A stretch of 64,000 bases of DNA from Ginglymostoma cirratum (taxonomy: Eukaryota), in assembly GCA_024137785.1 (NCBI GenBank), contig JAHRHZ010000289.1, forward strand, positions 42,100,578-42,164,577, in the 5' to 3' direction. A model generated the notes under the pieces. It was not told the DNA's origin and searched no databases. It saw nothing but the letters and a program-made list of their open reading frames with translations. Of the stretch, positions 1 to 12,098 are shown piece after piece. Each line of letters begins with the position of its first letter. Position 1 is the first letter of the stretch. The position numbers and the translations under genes are program-made.

Positions 1-132
1 TTTCTGATGAAGGGTTTAGGCCCGAAACGTCAAGTTTTCCTGCTCCTGTGATGCTGCTTGACCTGCTGTGTTCATCCAGCCCCATGCTTGTTATCTCGGA
101 TTCTCCAGCATCTGCAGTACCTTTTATCTCTG
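1..132 (+). mobile_element. Penelope-like element terminal repeat (family 1) with hammerhead ribozyme at 4-31
   Basis: CTGATGA-AGGGTTTAGGCCC-GAAACGTC; same sequence as the 3' end of the GIY-YIG-bearing copy at 24934-25680. Confidence 0.85.
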
Positions 133-1395
133 GTGCATTGAAGTGGCAGGCAACAGGTAGCTCAGGGTCTTTTTTGCGAGCAGAACATAGATGTTCTGCG
201 AAGCAGTCACCAAGTCTACACTTTGTTTCCCCAATGTGGAGGAGACCACATTGTGAGCAGTGAATGCAGTAGACCAGATTCTGGGAAGTGCAGGCGAAGT
301 GTTGCTTCACCTGGAAGGTATGTTTGGGCCCTTGGATAGTGGGGAGGGAGGAGGTAAATGGGCAGGTGTTGCACCTTCGCCGGTTACAGGGGAAGGTGCC
401 GTAGGGCTGTGGGGAGGTGTTGGGGGTGATGGAGGTGTGGACCAGGGTGTCCCAGAGGGAACGGTCCCTGCGGAAGGTGGACAAGGGAAGGGATGGGAAT
501 ATTTGTCTGGAGGTGGCCACTTGCTGGAGGTGGCAGAAATGGTGTCTGCTGATCTGGATGTGGATGCTGGTGGGATGGTAGGTAAGGATAAGGGGAACCC
601 TATCGCTGTTGCAGGAGGGAAGAGAACAGGTGAGGACGGAAGTGCGGGAGATGGGTCAGACCTGGTTGAGGGGCCTATCAACAAAAGACTGGGGAATCCT
701 CATTTGAGGAAGAAGGTGGACATTTCAGAGGCTCCCCTGTCGAAGTTGGCCTCATCGGAACATATGCGATGGAGACAGAGGAACTGAGAGAATGGGATGG
801 AGTCTTTACGGGAAGTGGGGTGTGAGGAAGTATAGTCCAGATAGCTGTGGGAGTCAGTGGGTTTGTAATGGATATTAGTGGCCAGTCTATCCCCAGAAAT
901 GGAAACAGAAATGTCGAGGAAGAGAAGGGAGGAGTCAGAGATAGACCAGATAAAAGTGAGGGCAGGGTGAAAATTGGAGACGAAATTCATGAAGTTTTCC
1001 AATTCCAGACGAGAGAGGGAAGCAGCACCGACAACATCATCGATGTTTCGGAGAAAGAGTTGTGGGTGGGGGCCGGAATAGGACTTGAACAAGGAATGTT
1101 CCATGTACCCCATGAAGAGACAGGCATAACTAGGGCCCATGTGGGTACCCATGGCAACCCCTCCTGGCTAGAGAAAATGAGAGGAGTTAAAAGAGAATTT
1201 GTTGAGGGTGAGGACAAGCTCGGCCAAGTGGAGGACGATGGTGGTGGGTGGGGATGGTTCAGGTCTTTGCGCCTGGAAGAAGCGGAGCGTCTTAAGACCT
1301 TCCTGGAGGAGGATGGACGTGTAAAGGGATTGCACGTCCCTGGTAATGAGGAGGCTGCTGGGGCCGGCAAACTGGAAGTTTTGAAACCAGCATTT
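133..1395 (-). mobile_element. Decayed Penelope-like retroelement: RT plus start of the GIY-YIG endonuclease
   Basis: MGTHMGPSYACLFMG...FLRNIDD...FLDISV...YKPTDSHSYLDYTSSHP...IPFSQFL is typical PLE RT/thumb; LPVACHFN near 135-160; disrupted by frameshifts. Confidence 0.9.
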
Positions 1396-1484
1396 TCTAT
1401 ATCTCTTCTAGGCATGCCCACTTTGGAGAAATTCTGCTCCTCCCTCCAACAGGATTTTCGTTCCAGTCTTTCTTCTTGTCCACT

Positions 1485-1622
1485 CAGTTCTGAGGAAGGG
1501 TCACTGGACCCGAAATGTTAAATCTGTTTTTTCGTTAACAGATGCTGCCAGAACTGCTGGGTTTTTCCAGCAACTTTGTTTTTGTTCCTGATTTACAGTA
1601 TCCGCAGTTCTTTCGGCTTTTA
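1485..1622 (+). mobile_element. Penelope-like terminal repeat (family 2) with hammerhead motif at 1490-1520
   Basis: cagtt-CTGAGGA-AGGGTC-ACTG-GACCC-GAAATGTT; related copies at 17346-17576, 17800-17930, 56149-56245, 61050-61290. Confidence 0.75.
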
Positions 1623-1714
1623 TTAGGTACAATACCAGGTACAAAGTAAGTACAGTGTAAAGCTCTCTCTTTTCTTTCAAACTGAAATTAATATTTCCTC
1701 AATGTTGTTTCCAA

Positions 1715-2130
1715 CAGACACTCCCAGGACAGGTACAGCATAGGGTTAGATACTCAGTAAAGCTCCCTCTACGCACTCTCCTATCAAACGCTCCCAGGAC
1801 AGGTACAGCACAGAGTTAGATACTGAATAAAGCTTCCTCTACACTGTCGCCATCAAACACTCCCAGGACAGGGACAGCACAGGGTTAGATACAGAATAAA
1901 GCTCCCTCTACTTTCTTGTCCATCAAACACTCCCAGAACATGTACAGCACAGGGTCAGATGCTCAGTAAAGCTCCCTCTACACACTCCCCCATCAAACAC
2001 TCCCAGGACAGGGACAGCACAGGGTCAGATGCTCAGTAAAGCTCCCTCTACACACTCCCCCATCAAACACTCCCAGGCCAGGTCCAGCACAAGGTAAGAT
2101 ACAGAGTAAAGGTTCCTCTACATGATCCCC
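1715..2130. repeat. Tandem repeat, ~70-bp unit, ~6 copies
   Basis: Recurrent ctcccaggacaggtacagcacagggttagata...gtaaagctccctctaca...catcaaaca at 1721, 1791, 1860, 1930, 2000, 2070. Confidence 0.9.
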
Positions 2131-2683
2131 ATTCGCGTTTGTTTAGAGGAGGATATGTAAAATCCAGACTTTAACAAAGTCACAAAGGAGACATGCGAAT
2201 GTATGTTGACGGTGGTCAGATGAGCAGAGAAACCTTTTTCAAAGTGTGACAGTCTAATAAAATATTTGCATTTGGAGGGATTGCTTATTCAAGGAAGTCA
2301 GCATGCAGGTACAGCAAACACTTAGGGAGGCGAATGGAATGCTGGCCTGTCTCACAAACAGCCTGGAGTACAGAGAAAAGGGGTATAGGCATTTGGTGTG
2401 ACTACAGCTGGAGAACTGTGTTCAATCCGGGTCTCTATACCGCAGGAAGGATTAATTTGCACATGAGGGATTGTAATGCAGCTTTATGAAATGTTTTTCC
2501 TGGGATGAGAGAGATGCTCAATGAGGAGAGATTGAGTAGAATGTGCCTATGCTGTGGATTTTTGAACGAGAAAGGATTTCATTGAAATATGTGAGGTTCT
2601 TAGAAATTAGAGCGTAGGTTCTGAGAGGATGTCTCTTTTGGCTGGGGAGTCTAATACAAGGAACGGGGAAATTGCAGTCTCCA

Positions 2684-2960
2684 GGGGCAGCCTGGTGGCT
2701 CAGTGGTTAGCACTGCTACCTCACAGTGCCAGGGACTCAGGTTCAATTCCGCCTGCAGGTGACTGTCTGTGTGGAGCTTACATGTTCTCCCTACGTCTGT
2801 GTGGGCTTCCTCCCACAGTCCAAAGATGTGCAGGCCACGTGGATTGGCCATAGTGTTCAGGGATGGGTTATATGGGGATGTGTCTGGGTGGGATTCTCTG
2901 AGGGCCAGTGTGGACCTGTTGAGCTGAAGGCCCTATTTCCACACTGTAGGGATTCTATGA
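2684..2960 (+). mobile_element. tRNA-derived SINE (HE1-like)
   Basis: A box ggtggctcagtggttagc, B box ggttcaattcc, LINE-like tail ending ggattctatga. Confidence 0.8.
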
Positions 2961-3109
2961 ATAAAAATAAAAAGTCAGCCTTGAGGGGCTAATTAACCCT
3001 TTCTGAAGTAAAATAACAAACTTTGTTTTATCCTGCATGCTTGATAAACCAGAAAAAATTATAAACATGACATTGTGTCCAATTATTACAGTTTTCTTAA
3101 TTTATTTAC

Positions 3110-3268
3110 CTCAATAAATAAATACTTGTATTATATATTTGTTGTTCAATCAAATGAAATATCAAGAGTTGATTCAATTTCTCCTCAAATACCACAACCT
3201 CTGAGTAGTCAGTAGAGGATGCGAGTGAGAAGGCTCTCTGCTGGTAAGTTTTATTTAAGGCGTTTATG
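3110..3268 (-). other. Candidate coding exon of an unidentified gene (INALNKTYQQRAFSLASSTDYSEVVVFEEKLNQLLIFHLIEQQIYNTSIYLL)
   Basis: Acceptor tactttatttacag, donor GAG|GTAAAT, 159 nt, phase 2-2, open across AT-rich DNA; no homology recognised. Confidence 0.3.
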
Positions 3269-3363
3269 CTGTAAATAAAGTATAACAGAGATGTGTATAC
3301 CCCCAGAATTACACTTGTATGTTTTACATTGATTATGTGGACCTCTTGATCAACCAGAATATT

Positions 3364-3703
3364 TATAGAATCCCAAACAGTGTGGAAACAGGCCATTCAG
3401 CCCAACAAGTCCACACTGACCCTCTGAAGAGCATCCCACCCTCCCATTCCCCTACACGATCCCTGTAATTCCCACGGCTAATACATCTAATCATCCCTGG
3501 ACACTATGAGCAATTTAGCACAGCCAACCCACCTAATCTGCACATCTTTGGACTGTGGGAGGAAACCAGAGCATCCAGCAGAACCCACACAGACACAGAG
3601 AGGATGTGCAAACTCATCACAGACAGGTGCCCAAGGGTGGAATCAAACCAGGGTCCCTTGCGCTGTGAGGCAGCAGTGCTAACCACTGAGCCACCGTGCT
3701 GCC
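3364..3703 (-). mobile_element. tRNA-derived SINE (HE1-like)
   Basis: Reverse-complement copy of the same SINE with intact A/B boxes. Confidence 0.8.
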
Positions 3704-4894
3704 CACTCCTGGTCCTGTAGGGGCCGGTTAATGAAACATTTGCCAAATTATGAATCAGAAACAAAGGCAGAAAATAGTCAGTGAGTATGTGCTAAGAGAA
3801 ACTTTGACGTGGGAATTTCTCCCCTGTAACATAGCTGTGTGTTTGATTCCACCCCCGAATCATTCGCGTTTTCAGTTCCAATTTCACGTGACTCAGTTGG
3901 AGACAATGTTTTTAGTTATTGTGTGAGGAATTGGTTAGTGAGTGAGGGGGGATGGTAGTTTTGAATACAGCACAATAACCACACAACCCCTTCAGAATCT
4001 GAGTCAGACATCCCTGCAGGAACCATCCCCAGTCCCAGGCCAAGCCTGGCCTCTTGCTCCTGGACAAATATCTTTGACTTAAAAAGGTTTGGTGATGATT
4101 TTAATGAGTTTCTGTGGCATCTCTTTGGCTTGTGTTTTCAGAAATTGTGGCAATGTTGTGGCAATGTGAAACATAGAAAATTTAAGCCGCAGGCCATTAG
4201 GCCCATCATGCGGTTCCAGTCCTGTAGGTTGTGACTTCAGTGACGACACCAGCTAAAACCACCTGTAAACTTTCTCTTTCTACACCTGCCTCTTACCAGT
4301 CACACTCAAGTCAATGGTTTGAGCCGAGGGACCAAATGTAATATTTCCATGTTTCGGCCGACTTCAGAAGACTAGGTGGGAATGTGCGTTGTGAAGATGT
4401 GAAGAACCTTGAACGAGATTTGGAAATGCTGAGTGAGCAGGCTGGGACGTGCACAATGGGAACTAATGTTGATTAGTGTGAGGTGATCAACTTTGGTGGA
4501 ATGCGGAGTATTTCCCAAATGGGGAAGCATTGGAACCTGCAGATACCCAGAGGGATCAGGCGCCTTTGCCCATCAGCCCTTAAAAGTTACAGTACAGTGC
4601 AGCTAAGAATTAGGAAGGCAGACAGTACGTTGGTCTTCATTGCAAGGGTTTTGAATACATAGGTAAAGGTATCTTGCTTCAGTTGTATGGAGCCTCAGTG
4701 AGACCGCACCTGGGGTATTGTGTGCAGTTCTGGGGATGGATATTTTTGTCATTGAGACACTGCAGGTGAAGTTCACTCAACTTGGATAACCACAAGACCA
4801 TGATATGTCGGAACACAAGTAAGCTATTCAGTCCATCAGATGCTCTGACATTCAATCAGATCTGATAATCCGCGACTCCACTTTCCTGGAATAG

Positions 4895-6540
4895 GCCCTT
4901 CAGCCATCCAAGCCTGCACCAGCACATTTCGCCCTTCCACATGTCTTCACTTCTTCCCTTCCTATTCATGTATTTGTCCAAGTGTTTCTTGAATGTTGAT
5001 GTTGTATTGGCTTCCACCACCTCCTCCGGCAGCATGTTCCAGGCACTCATCACCCTTTGTGTCATCACCCTCGCACATCTCTTTTAAACTTCTCTCCTCA
5101 CACCTTGAACCTGTGTCCCCTAGTAATTGACCCCTCCAACCTGGGAAAAGGCCTCATTACTTTCCACTCTATCCATACCATTCACATCTTATAAACTTCT
5201 ATCAGGTCGCCCTCAACCTCCTGCATTCGATTGAAAACAAACTCAGTCTATCCAACCTTTCCGCATAGCTAATACCCCCATACCAGGCAATGTCCTGGCA
5301 AACCTTTTTTTTAACCCTCTCCAAAGCATCCACATCCTTCTGATAGTGTGGTGATCAGAACTGTATGCAATATTCCAAGTGTGGCCTAACAATAGTTCTA
5401 TAAAGCTGCAGCATAACTTGTCTATCCTTACACTCAATGCCCCTTCCATTGAAGGCAAGCATGCCATAGGCCTTTTTTGCTACTTTATCTACCTGGCACT
5501 GCCACCTTTAGTAATCTGTGGACCTGCACACCCAGATCCCTCTGCATATCAATATCCTGAAGGGTTCTGCCATTCACTATATAATTTCTACATGGACTTG
5601 ACCTTCCAAAATGCATCCCCTCACACTTGACCAGATTAAAGTCCATTTTTCTGCCCATGCCTCCAACTGATCCATATCCTGCTGTATCCTCTGACAATCC
5701 TCCTCACTATCCGCATCTCCACCAATCTTTGTATCATCCGCAAACTTACTAATTAGACCAGCTATGTTTTCCTCCAACTCATTTATGTACATCACGGCAG
5801 CAGAGGTCCCAGCACTGATCCCTGTGGAACACCACTAGCCATAGCCCTCCTTTCTGAAAAGCATCTTTCCACCATGAACTGCTGTCTGCTATGACTAAGC
5901 CAGTTCTGTATCTATCTTGCCAGTTCCTGTTACCATGTGACTTCACCTTTTGTACCAGTCTGTCATGAGGGACGTTGTCAAAGACTTTATTGAAGTCTAT
6001 GTAGACAACATCAACCGCTTTTCCCTCATCACTCATCTTCGTCACCTCCTCAAAAAACTCAGTCTGGTTAGTGAGGCATGATCTCTCACAGACAGAACCC
6101 TGCTGCCTATAGCTAATAAATCCATTTGCTTCTAAATGCTTATAGATCTTGTCCCTGAGAATCTTTTCCAATAACTTCCCTATCACCGAGGCCTATAATT
6201 TCCAGGATTATCCCGGCTACCTTTCTTAAACAGTGCTATTCTCCTGTCCCCTGGGATCTCACCTGTATCCAAAGAGGATACAAAGATATCTGTCAATGCT
6301 CCAGCAATTTGTTCTCCTGCCTCCCTCAATATTTTGGGATAGACCCCTCCCAGGGACTTATCCGCGTTAATACTTTTTAAGATGCACAACATCTCTTCCC
6401 TTTTAATAGCAACTTGGCTTAGAAAGTCGACACTCCCTTCGCTGAGATCATGCTCCATCAATTCCTTCTCTTTGGTGAATACTGACACAAAGTGTTCGTT
6501 TAGGACTTCACCCGTTTCTTCTGGCTCGACACATTTCATT
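4895..6540 (-). mobile_element. CR1-clade LINE, 3' part of ORF2 (RT), decayed
   Basis: LFKKGSRDNPGNYRP, VDVVYIDFNKVFD, ISKFADDTKIGG in successive frameshifted ORFs. Confidence 0.9.
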
Positions 6541-7810
6541 CTGTCGTCATGCTCAAGCTACTTTAATAATAATTGAATATCAGCAGATTTTGGTATTTCA
6601 TTATCCAGTCTATCTTGTATCTCCTCAAAACTCAAGTGCAGCATTCATCTTTCAATTATTTCTGTCTTCTTATTTCCGATAGGCAATGCCACCCCCAGTT
6701 TACCCGCCAGGTCAATCAACCTTGTCTTTGGAAGTTCTCTTCAGATTTTCAGGGATAACTCTGACACCGGTAGGAAATGTTTTTTGCTATTTCCAGTGCA
6801 ATATCTGAAATGCAGTATAGAACCTGCCACATTCCTCCACCTATATTATTTACTTGTACCATATTGATTTCTAATTTCTTCTTTTACAAATCAGTCCCAG
6901 ATGAACCCCTAAACTTAGTTACACCTCACTGGGCTAACACTGAAAACTAAAACAAAGCCACTTTATTCCCAGAGATGTTACAAAAGTAACACATTTTAAA
7001 AATTGTGTAGAATTCTCCACTACACATGCATGCAGATAGGCACAGGCACAAAAAATTGGGTATTATGGGCGGAGGGAAAGACAGGGAAACTAATTTGCTA
7101 ATTCCTGTCCTCCGGGTTTTCAGAGATGATCCTTTTGCTGATCAGCTTTTCCTCCTCCAGGCACTTTCCCTAGTTTGCAGGATGTGTGGGTGATTGTCTC
7201 ACTCTTAGAAAGATCTCTGAATTATTAATTAACAATTACAGCAACTGATGAAGGCAAACAAATGGAGCATCTTCAGGCTTGAGATGCTTTTTAACTGAAG
7301 AAACATAGAAACATAAAAGATAGGATCGGGAGGAGGCCATTCAGCCCTTCGAGCCTGCTCCATCATTCATCATGATCATGGCTGATCATCCAACTCAATA
7401 GCCTAATCCTGCTTTCTCCCCATAACCTTGATCCCATCCTCCCCAAGAGCTATATCTAGCCACCTCCTGAGAAATCTGATGGCTCTGCCCTGAACTGTCA
7501 CACCCACAAGCTTTTCAACCACCTGCGAGCCAATCACAAGGTTGTTGGCAAGCAGGAGGCCTTTTTCATTGACCAACCAGCTACTCGTTGCCGGCTAAAT
7601 CTCCATTTGGCTCCAGTTCATCTGCAAATTAGACTTCCCCAACTGCTTAAACAAACAGCTGTGTAAACAACACTTACAGTGATGGCCTGATAACTTGCTT
7701 TTAAAGACTGCAGTAATCCTTCAACAACCTGTTGTTTTAAAAACAGTTATTTACCCATTTCAGCTCTCGATCATAAATATAGAAAAATAAAAAGAGACAG
7801 CCTTGACAAA
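6540..7810 (-). mobile_element. Probable LTR retrotransposon remnant (gag N-terminus-like segment plus LTR-like region)
   Basis: Broken frame LIDLAGKLGVALPIGNKKTEIIE at ~6650-6720 resembles Gypsy-type gag N-termini (judged from memory); TG...CA-bounded segment ~6975-7808. Confidence 0.35.
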
Positions 7811-7977
7811 ATATCATTCGGTATCAGAACTCATAACAGTCAATGCAATGAAGGCCAAGAAATACCCTATATCCCAAGACATTGAGCTACTATCCTCAAG
7901 AAAAGGCCAGAGACCAGATTGCAAAGTATCAAATTGAGATGTTAGGAGCCCAGCAATTTTCCTGAAAATTCCTGCAA

Positions 7978-8710
7978 ACTATGCAGTAAATGGAAAAGCC
8001 CTGGGGAAAATTGATGCACAGAGAGATGTGGGTGTTCAGGTCCATTGTATCCTGAAGGTGGCAACGCAGGTGGATAGAGTGGTCAAGAAGGCATATGGCA
8101 TGCTTTCATTTATCGGACGGGGTATTGAGTACAAGAGTTGGCAGGTCATGTTACAGTTGTATAGGACTTTGGTTCGACCACATTTGGAATTACTGTGTAC
8201 GGTTCTGGTCACCACATTATCAAAAGGATGTGGATGCTTTGGAGAGGGTGCAGAGGAGGTTCACCAGGATGTTGCCTGGTATGGAGGGCACTAGCTATGA
8301 AGAGAAGTTGAGTAGACTAGGATTATTTACATTAGAAAGACGGAGGTTGAGGGGCGACCTGATTGAGGTCTACAAAATCATGAGAGGTATAAGACAGGGT
8401 AGATAGCAAGAAGCTTTTTCCCAGAGTGGGGGACTCAATTACTAGGGGTCATGATTTCAAGGTGAGAGGGGAAATGTTTAAGGGAGATATGCGTGGAAAG
8501 TTCTTTATGCAGAGGGTGGTGGGTGCCTGGAACGCGTTGCCAGCAGAGGTGGTAGAGGCAGGCACGATAGCATCATTTAAGATGTAACTAGACAGATACA
8601 TGAATGGGCAGGGAGCAGAGGGATACAGATCCTTGGAAAATAGGCAACAAGTTTAGATAGAGGATCCGGATCGGCGCAGGCTTGAAGGGCCGAAGAGCTT
8701 TGTTCTGCTT
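7978..8710 (+). mobile_element. CR1-clade LINE 3' fragment
   Basis: QLYRTLVRPHLE / FWSPHYQKDVDALERVQRRFTRMLPG / LRGDLIEVYKIM plus 3' tail. Confidence 0.9.
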
Positions 8711-9269
8711 CTGTGGAAATGTCTGATGTTTTTACATTTGGACACAAGAGGGCGAGGTTTAGTTAAAATAAACATGTATTTGAGAAGGACTAAAGACAAA
8801 TTTAGTGATTCAGTGATAAACTCTCTTGGTTACCTGCAGAGTTAAATCCCGTAGTTACTAACATTGATTGACTTACTCAAATGGTGAGATTAATATCTTC
8901 AGTAACTGGCCATTAAATCTCTAAAATACTGAGAAATTAAACCTTAAAATGCTGGGAGGCTAAATCCCTCAGCTATTGAAACATAACCTTCCTCATACAC
9001 CAGAAGACACACTCTCTCGGTTACTGAGACTACATTTCTCAGTAACTGAGGCATTATGTCCCCAGTTATTGAACGATTCACTCAATCAGTTACGGACAGC
9101 TTAACTCCCCCAGTTTATGGAAAAATAAACCGATTGATAACAGGAAGGTAAACTCCATTATTGACTGGGTGCTTTCAAATCCTCAGTCCCTGAGTGATGA
9201 ACTCTCTAATATAATGAAAGATCTTCAGTGAGAGGAAGACAAAGTTCCCTGACTCCTGAGAGAGGAGGT

Positions 9270-9633
9270 CCCTCAGTGACTGAGACACTATATCTGTCAG
9301 TGGCTGAGATATTAACTCCCTCAGTGACTGAGATACAAACTCACTCAGTGACTGAGATACTAACACCCCCAGTGACTGAGATACTAACTCCCTCAGTGAG
9401 TGAGAGACTAACTCCCTCAGTGACTGAGATATTAACTCCCTCAGTGACTGAGATACTAACTCCCTCAGTGACTGAGACACTAACTCCCTCAGTGACTGAG
9501 ATATTAACTCCCTCAGTAACTGAGATACTAACTCCTTCAGTGACTGAGATACTAACTCCCTCAGTGANNNNNNNNNNGTGAGATACTAACTCCCTCAGTG
9601 ACTGAGATACTAACTCCCTCAGTGTGTGAGAGA
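9270..9633. repeat. 24-bp minisatellite (ctcagtgactgagatactaactcc)n, with degenerate units extending left to ~8900
   Basis: About 14 near-identical units; internal inverted repeat ctcagt-g-actgag; 10-N gap at 9568-9577. Confidence 0.95.
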
Positions 9634-11059
9634 TCATATCCTTGTGTTCCTAACACGTTAATCCAACTTCTATTTGAATGTAATACATAATGCTTGAATA
9701 ATGATCCATCGTAATTGAAAATTCCATGATGATTTGCAGAATGATTTTGAAAGAGTTACAATCGAATTTATTTGGGAAGCCAGGAAAGTCAAACCTGTGG
9801 CAATAAATTTCTGCTTCCATGGAAGGGGACAGTGAAAGAATATGAAGTTTATATTTACTCCTTTATTATCACATTTCAGGTGGGAGATCATCTTCAAAAA
9901 TGTGTCATTATCTGTGAAATTCTTCAGGGTGTCCTGAAGTCATTAAAGGGGCTACAGAAATGCAAGTCTTTCTCTATTTCTTTCACGGGGGGACAGAGGA
10001 GGTTAGGGTGCATCAATATCCTTAAGGAATTTAAATTTAACATTCTGTTCAGAGTGAACAGACAACCACAAGAGTACATTGCATTTACAAAGTGCCTTTC
10101 ACGGAGTAAACGAGGCGGGTATCACAGCAGCTTAATCCAACAAAAAAATTTGACATTGAGACACAAATAAAGGACAAGCCTCCAAATCACTTGGTCCAAG
10201 GCTTCAGTTTTAAGGAGTGTCCTGGAGAACTCAAGAGATTCCAAGAGAAAATTCCCGAGCTCAATTCATTGTTAGCATTAATTGGTCCAAAGTTACCAAA
10301 CTAAACTAAAGTTTTAATCATTGAATATTGTATTTTACATAATGCACTGCACTCTTCCTAACAATTATTTTCAGGATGTAGGACAACAAGCATAACTTGT
10401 CCAGTCTCTCCACCTGAATACATCTCCCCCTGTACCCTCCATGTCAATCTGATACCCTCCCTAAAATGCCGCACCCTTCAGTGGGCACAAACACTCTGGC
10501 TGAAGTCTGACCCAATAATTTAAGTCAATGCAATTTGCAATGGAACACCAGCCCCCTGCAACTTCCCCTCCAAGCCACTCACCATCCTGACTTGGAAATA
10601 TATCACTGTTCCTTCTGGGTCAGAATCCTGGAATTCCTTCCTTAATGGCATTGTGGGTGAACCAAAAACACACAGACTGCAGCGGTTCAAGAAGGCAGCT
10701 TATCCCCAACTTCTCAAGGGGCAACTAGGGACGGGCAATAACAGCTGGGCCCAGCCAGCGACATGCACACTTCCTGAATGAATAACAGAAAGGGCATAGT
10801 TGGCATTTGCACAAACTTCCTGTTCTTGTTGCTGTGGTATAGATGCCCCCTGGAATAGAATCAGAGAATTTGGACGTCAGGGTGATGAGAGGGGCTGGGT
10901 TTCACTCTCACAGACAGGCCCTGATGCAAACCAGGAGCTATGCAGCCTTTCAGGGGTCTCCATGTGTTGAGGCTGAGGTATAGTCAGCTGGCTATTTCAC
11001 CATAGTTACCTCAGATGGATAATAGACAGTGTTTCTCTATCACTGTCACCTCCTCCAGT

Positions 11060-11620
11060 TCCAACACCCCTCCCTATCTCTGTAACCCCCTCTAGTACCT
11101 ACACCCTTCCCTATTTCTGTAATATTCCCCAGACCCTACACCACACCCTATCTCTGTAATGTCACCCAGACCCTACACCCCTCCCTATCTCTGTAACTCC
11201 CTCCAATACCTACACCCTTCCCTATTTCTGTAACGTTCCCCAGACTCTACACCCCATCCTATCTCTGTAATGTCCCCCAAACCCTACACCCCTCCCAATC
11301 TCTGCAACCTCATCCAGTACCTACACCCCTCCCTATCTCTGTAACTTCCTCCAGCCCCTACACCACTCTCTATCTCTATAAACCCCTCCAACTCCCATAC
11401 CCCTCCTTATCTCTGTCAGCTCCTCCAACCCAGACTCCCCTCCCTATCTCTGTAACCTCCTCCAACCCACACTCCCCCCCCTATCTCTGTAACCTCCTCC
11501 AACCCAGACTCCCCTCCCTATCTCTGTAACCTCCACCAGCCCTTACACCCCTCCCTATCTCTGTAACCTTCTCCAACTCCGACTCCCCTCCCTATCTCTG
11601 TAATCTCCTCCAGCCCTACG
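11060..11620. repeat. ~38-bp C/T-rich minisatellite
   Basis: Recurrent cccctccctatctctgtaacc..., about 15 units. Confidence 0.9.
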
Positions 11621-12080
11621 AAAAAAATGAAATCTCTGCGCTTCTTCAAATATGTCTCTAACTACTGTTCAGAGACTGGATATTTTGGTCTTTCTCCTGT
11701 GTTAGCTGTGTGAAAGGCATTAACCCAGCGATTACAGTGAGTGAGGAAATTCAGAAAGGATTCTTGTCACTGTGTTCATCGCAAATTTCATACCCTAGAC
11801 ACCAAGCCAGTCCTCCCAGGGTCAGTTAGAGGAGAGAGCAGACACAATGGGCTTTATCACTCAGCTGGCAAGTGAAGCAGTGTGGTAGTCAATGGGGAAT
11901 TGATTCAGATTCACATCTCTGTTTCTCCGGGATGACGTGTTTATTTCCAAAGCACTTTGGTTAACCACAGAAATCAACTGGCTAGAATAGGAAGGTCCAA
12001 CTTTCCAGATGAGTTGTTCCTGAAAGACTGATCACTTTCAGATCCTGACTGTCCTCCATGTTGTATTTCCTAGGGACCAC

Positions 12081-12098
12081 TGCTGCCACCTTGTGGCG
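12081..12098 (-). promoter_or_regulatory. CTCF-like site
   Basis: CGCCACAAGGTGGCAGCA matches the CCACnAGGTGGCAG core. Confidence 0.4.

Noticed and set aside
260-1521. Long plus-strand ORFs (175 and 224 aa)
   Set aside because: They are antisense shadows of the Penelope-like RT region.
2684-2760. tRNA-like sequence with A/B boxes (also 3640-3703, 22035, 51711, 59138)
   Set aside because: Each continues into a shared SINE body and LINE-like tail, so these are SINE heads, not tRNA genes.
9175-9637. Repetitive ORFs (VTEILTPS)n / (SQSLRELV)n and a CRISPR-like appearance
   Set aside because: A 24-bp unit keeps frames open by construction; there are no unique spacers or cas genes, and the context is eukaryotic.
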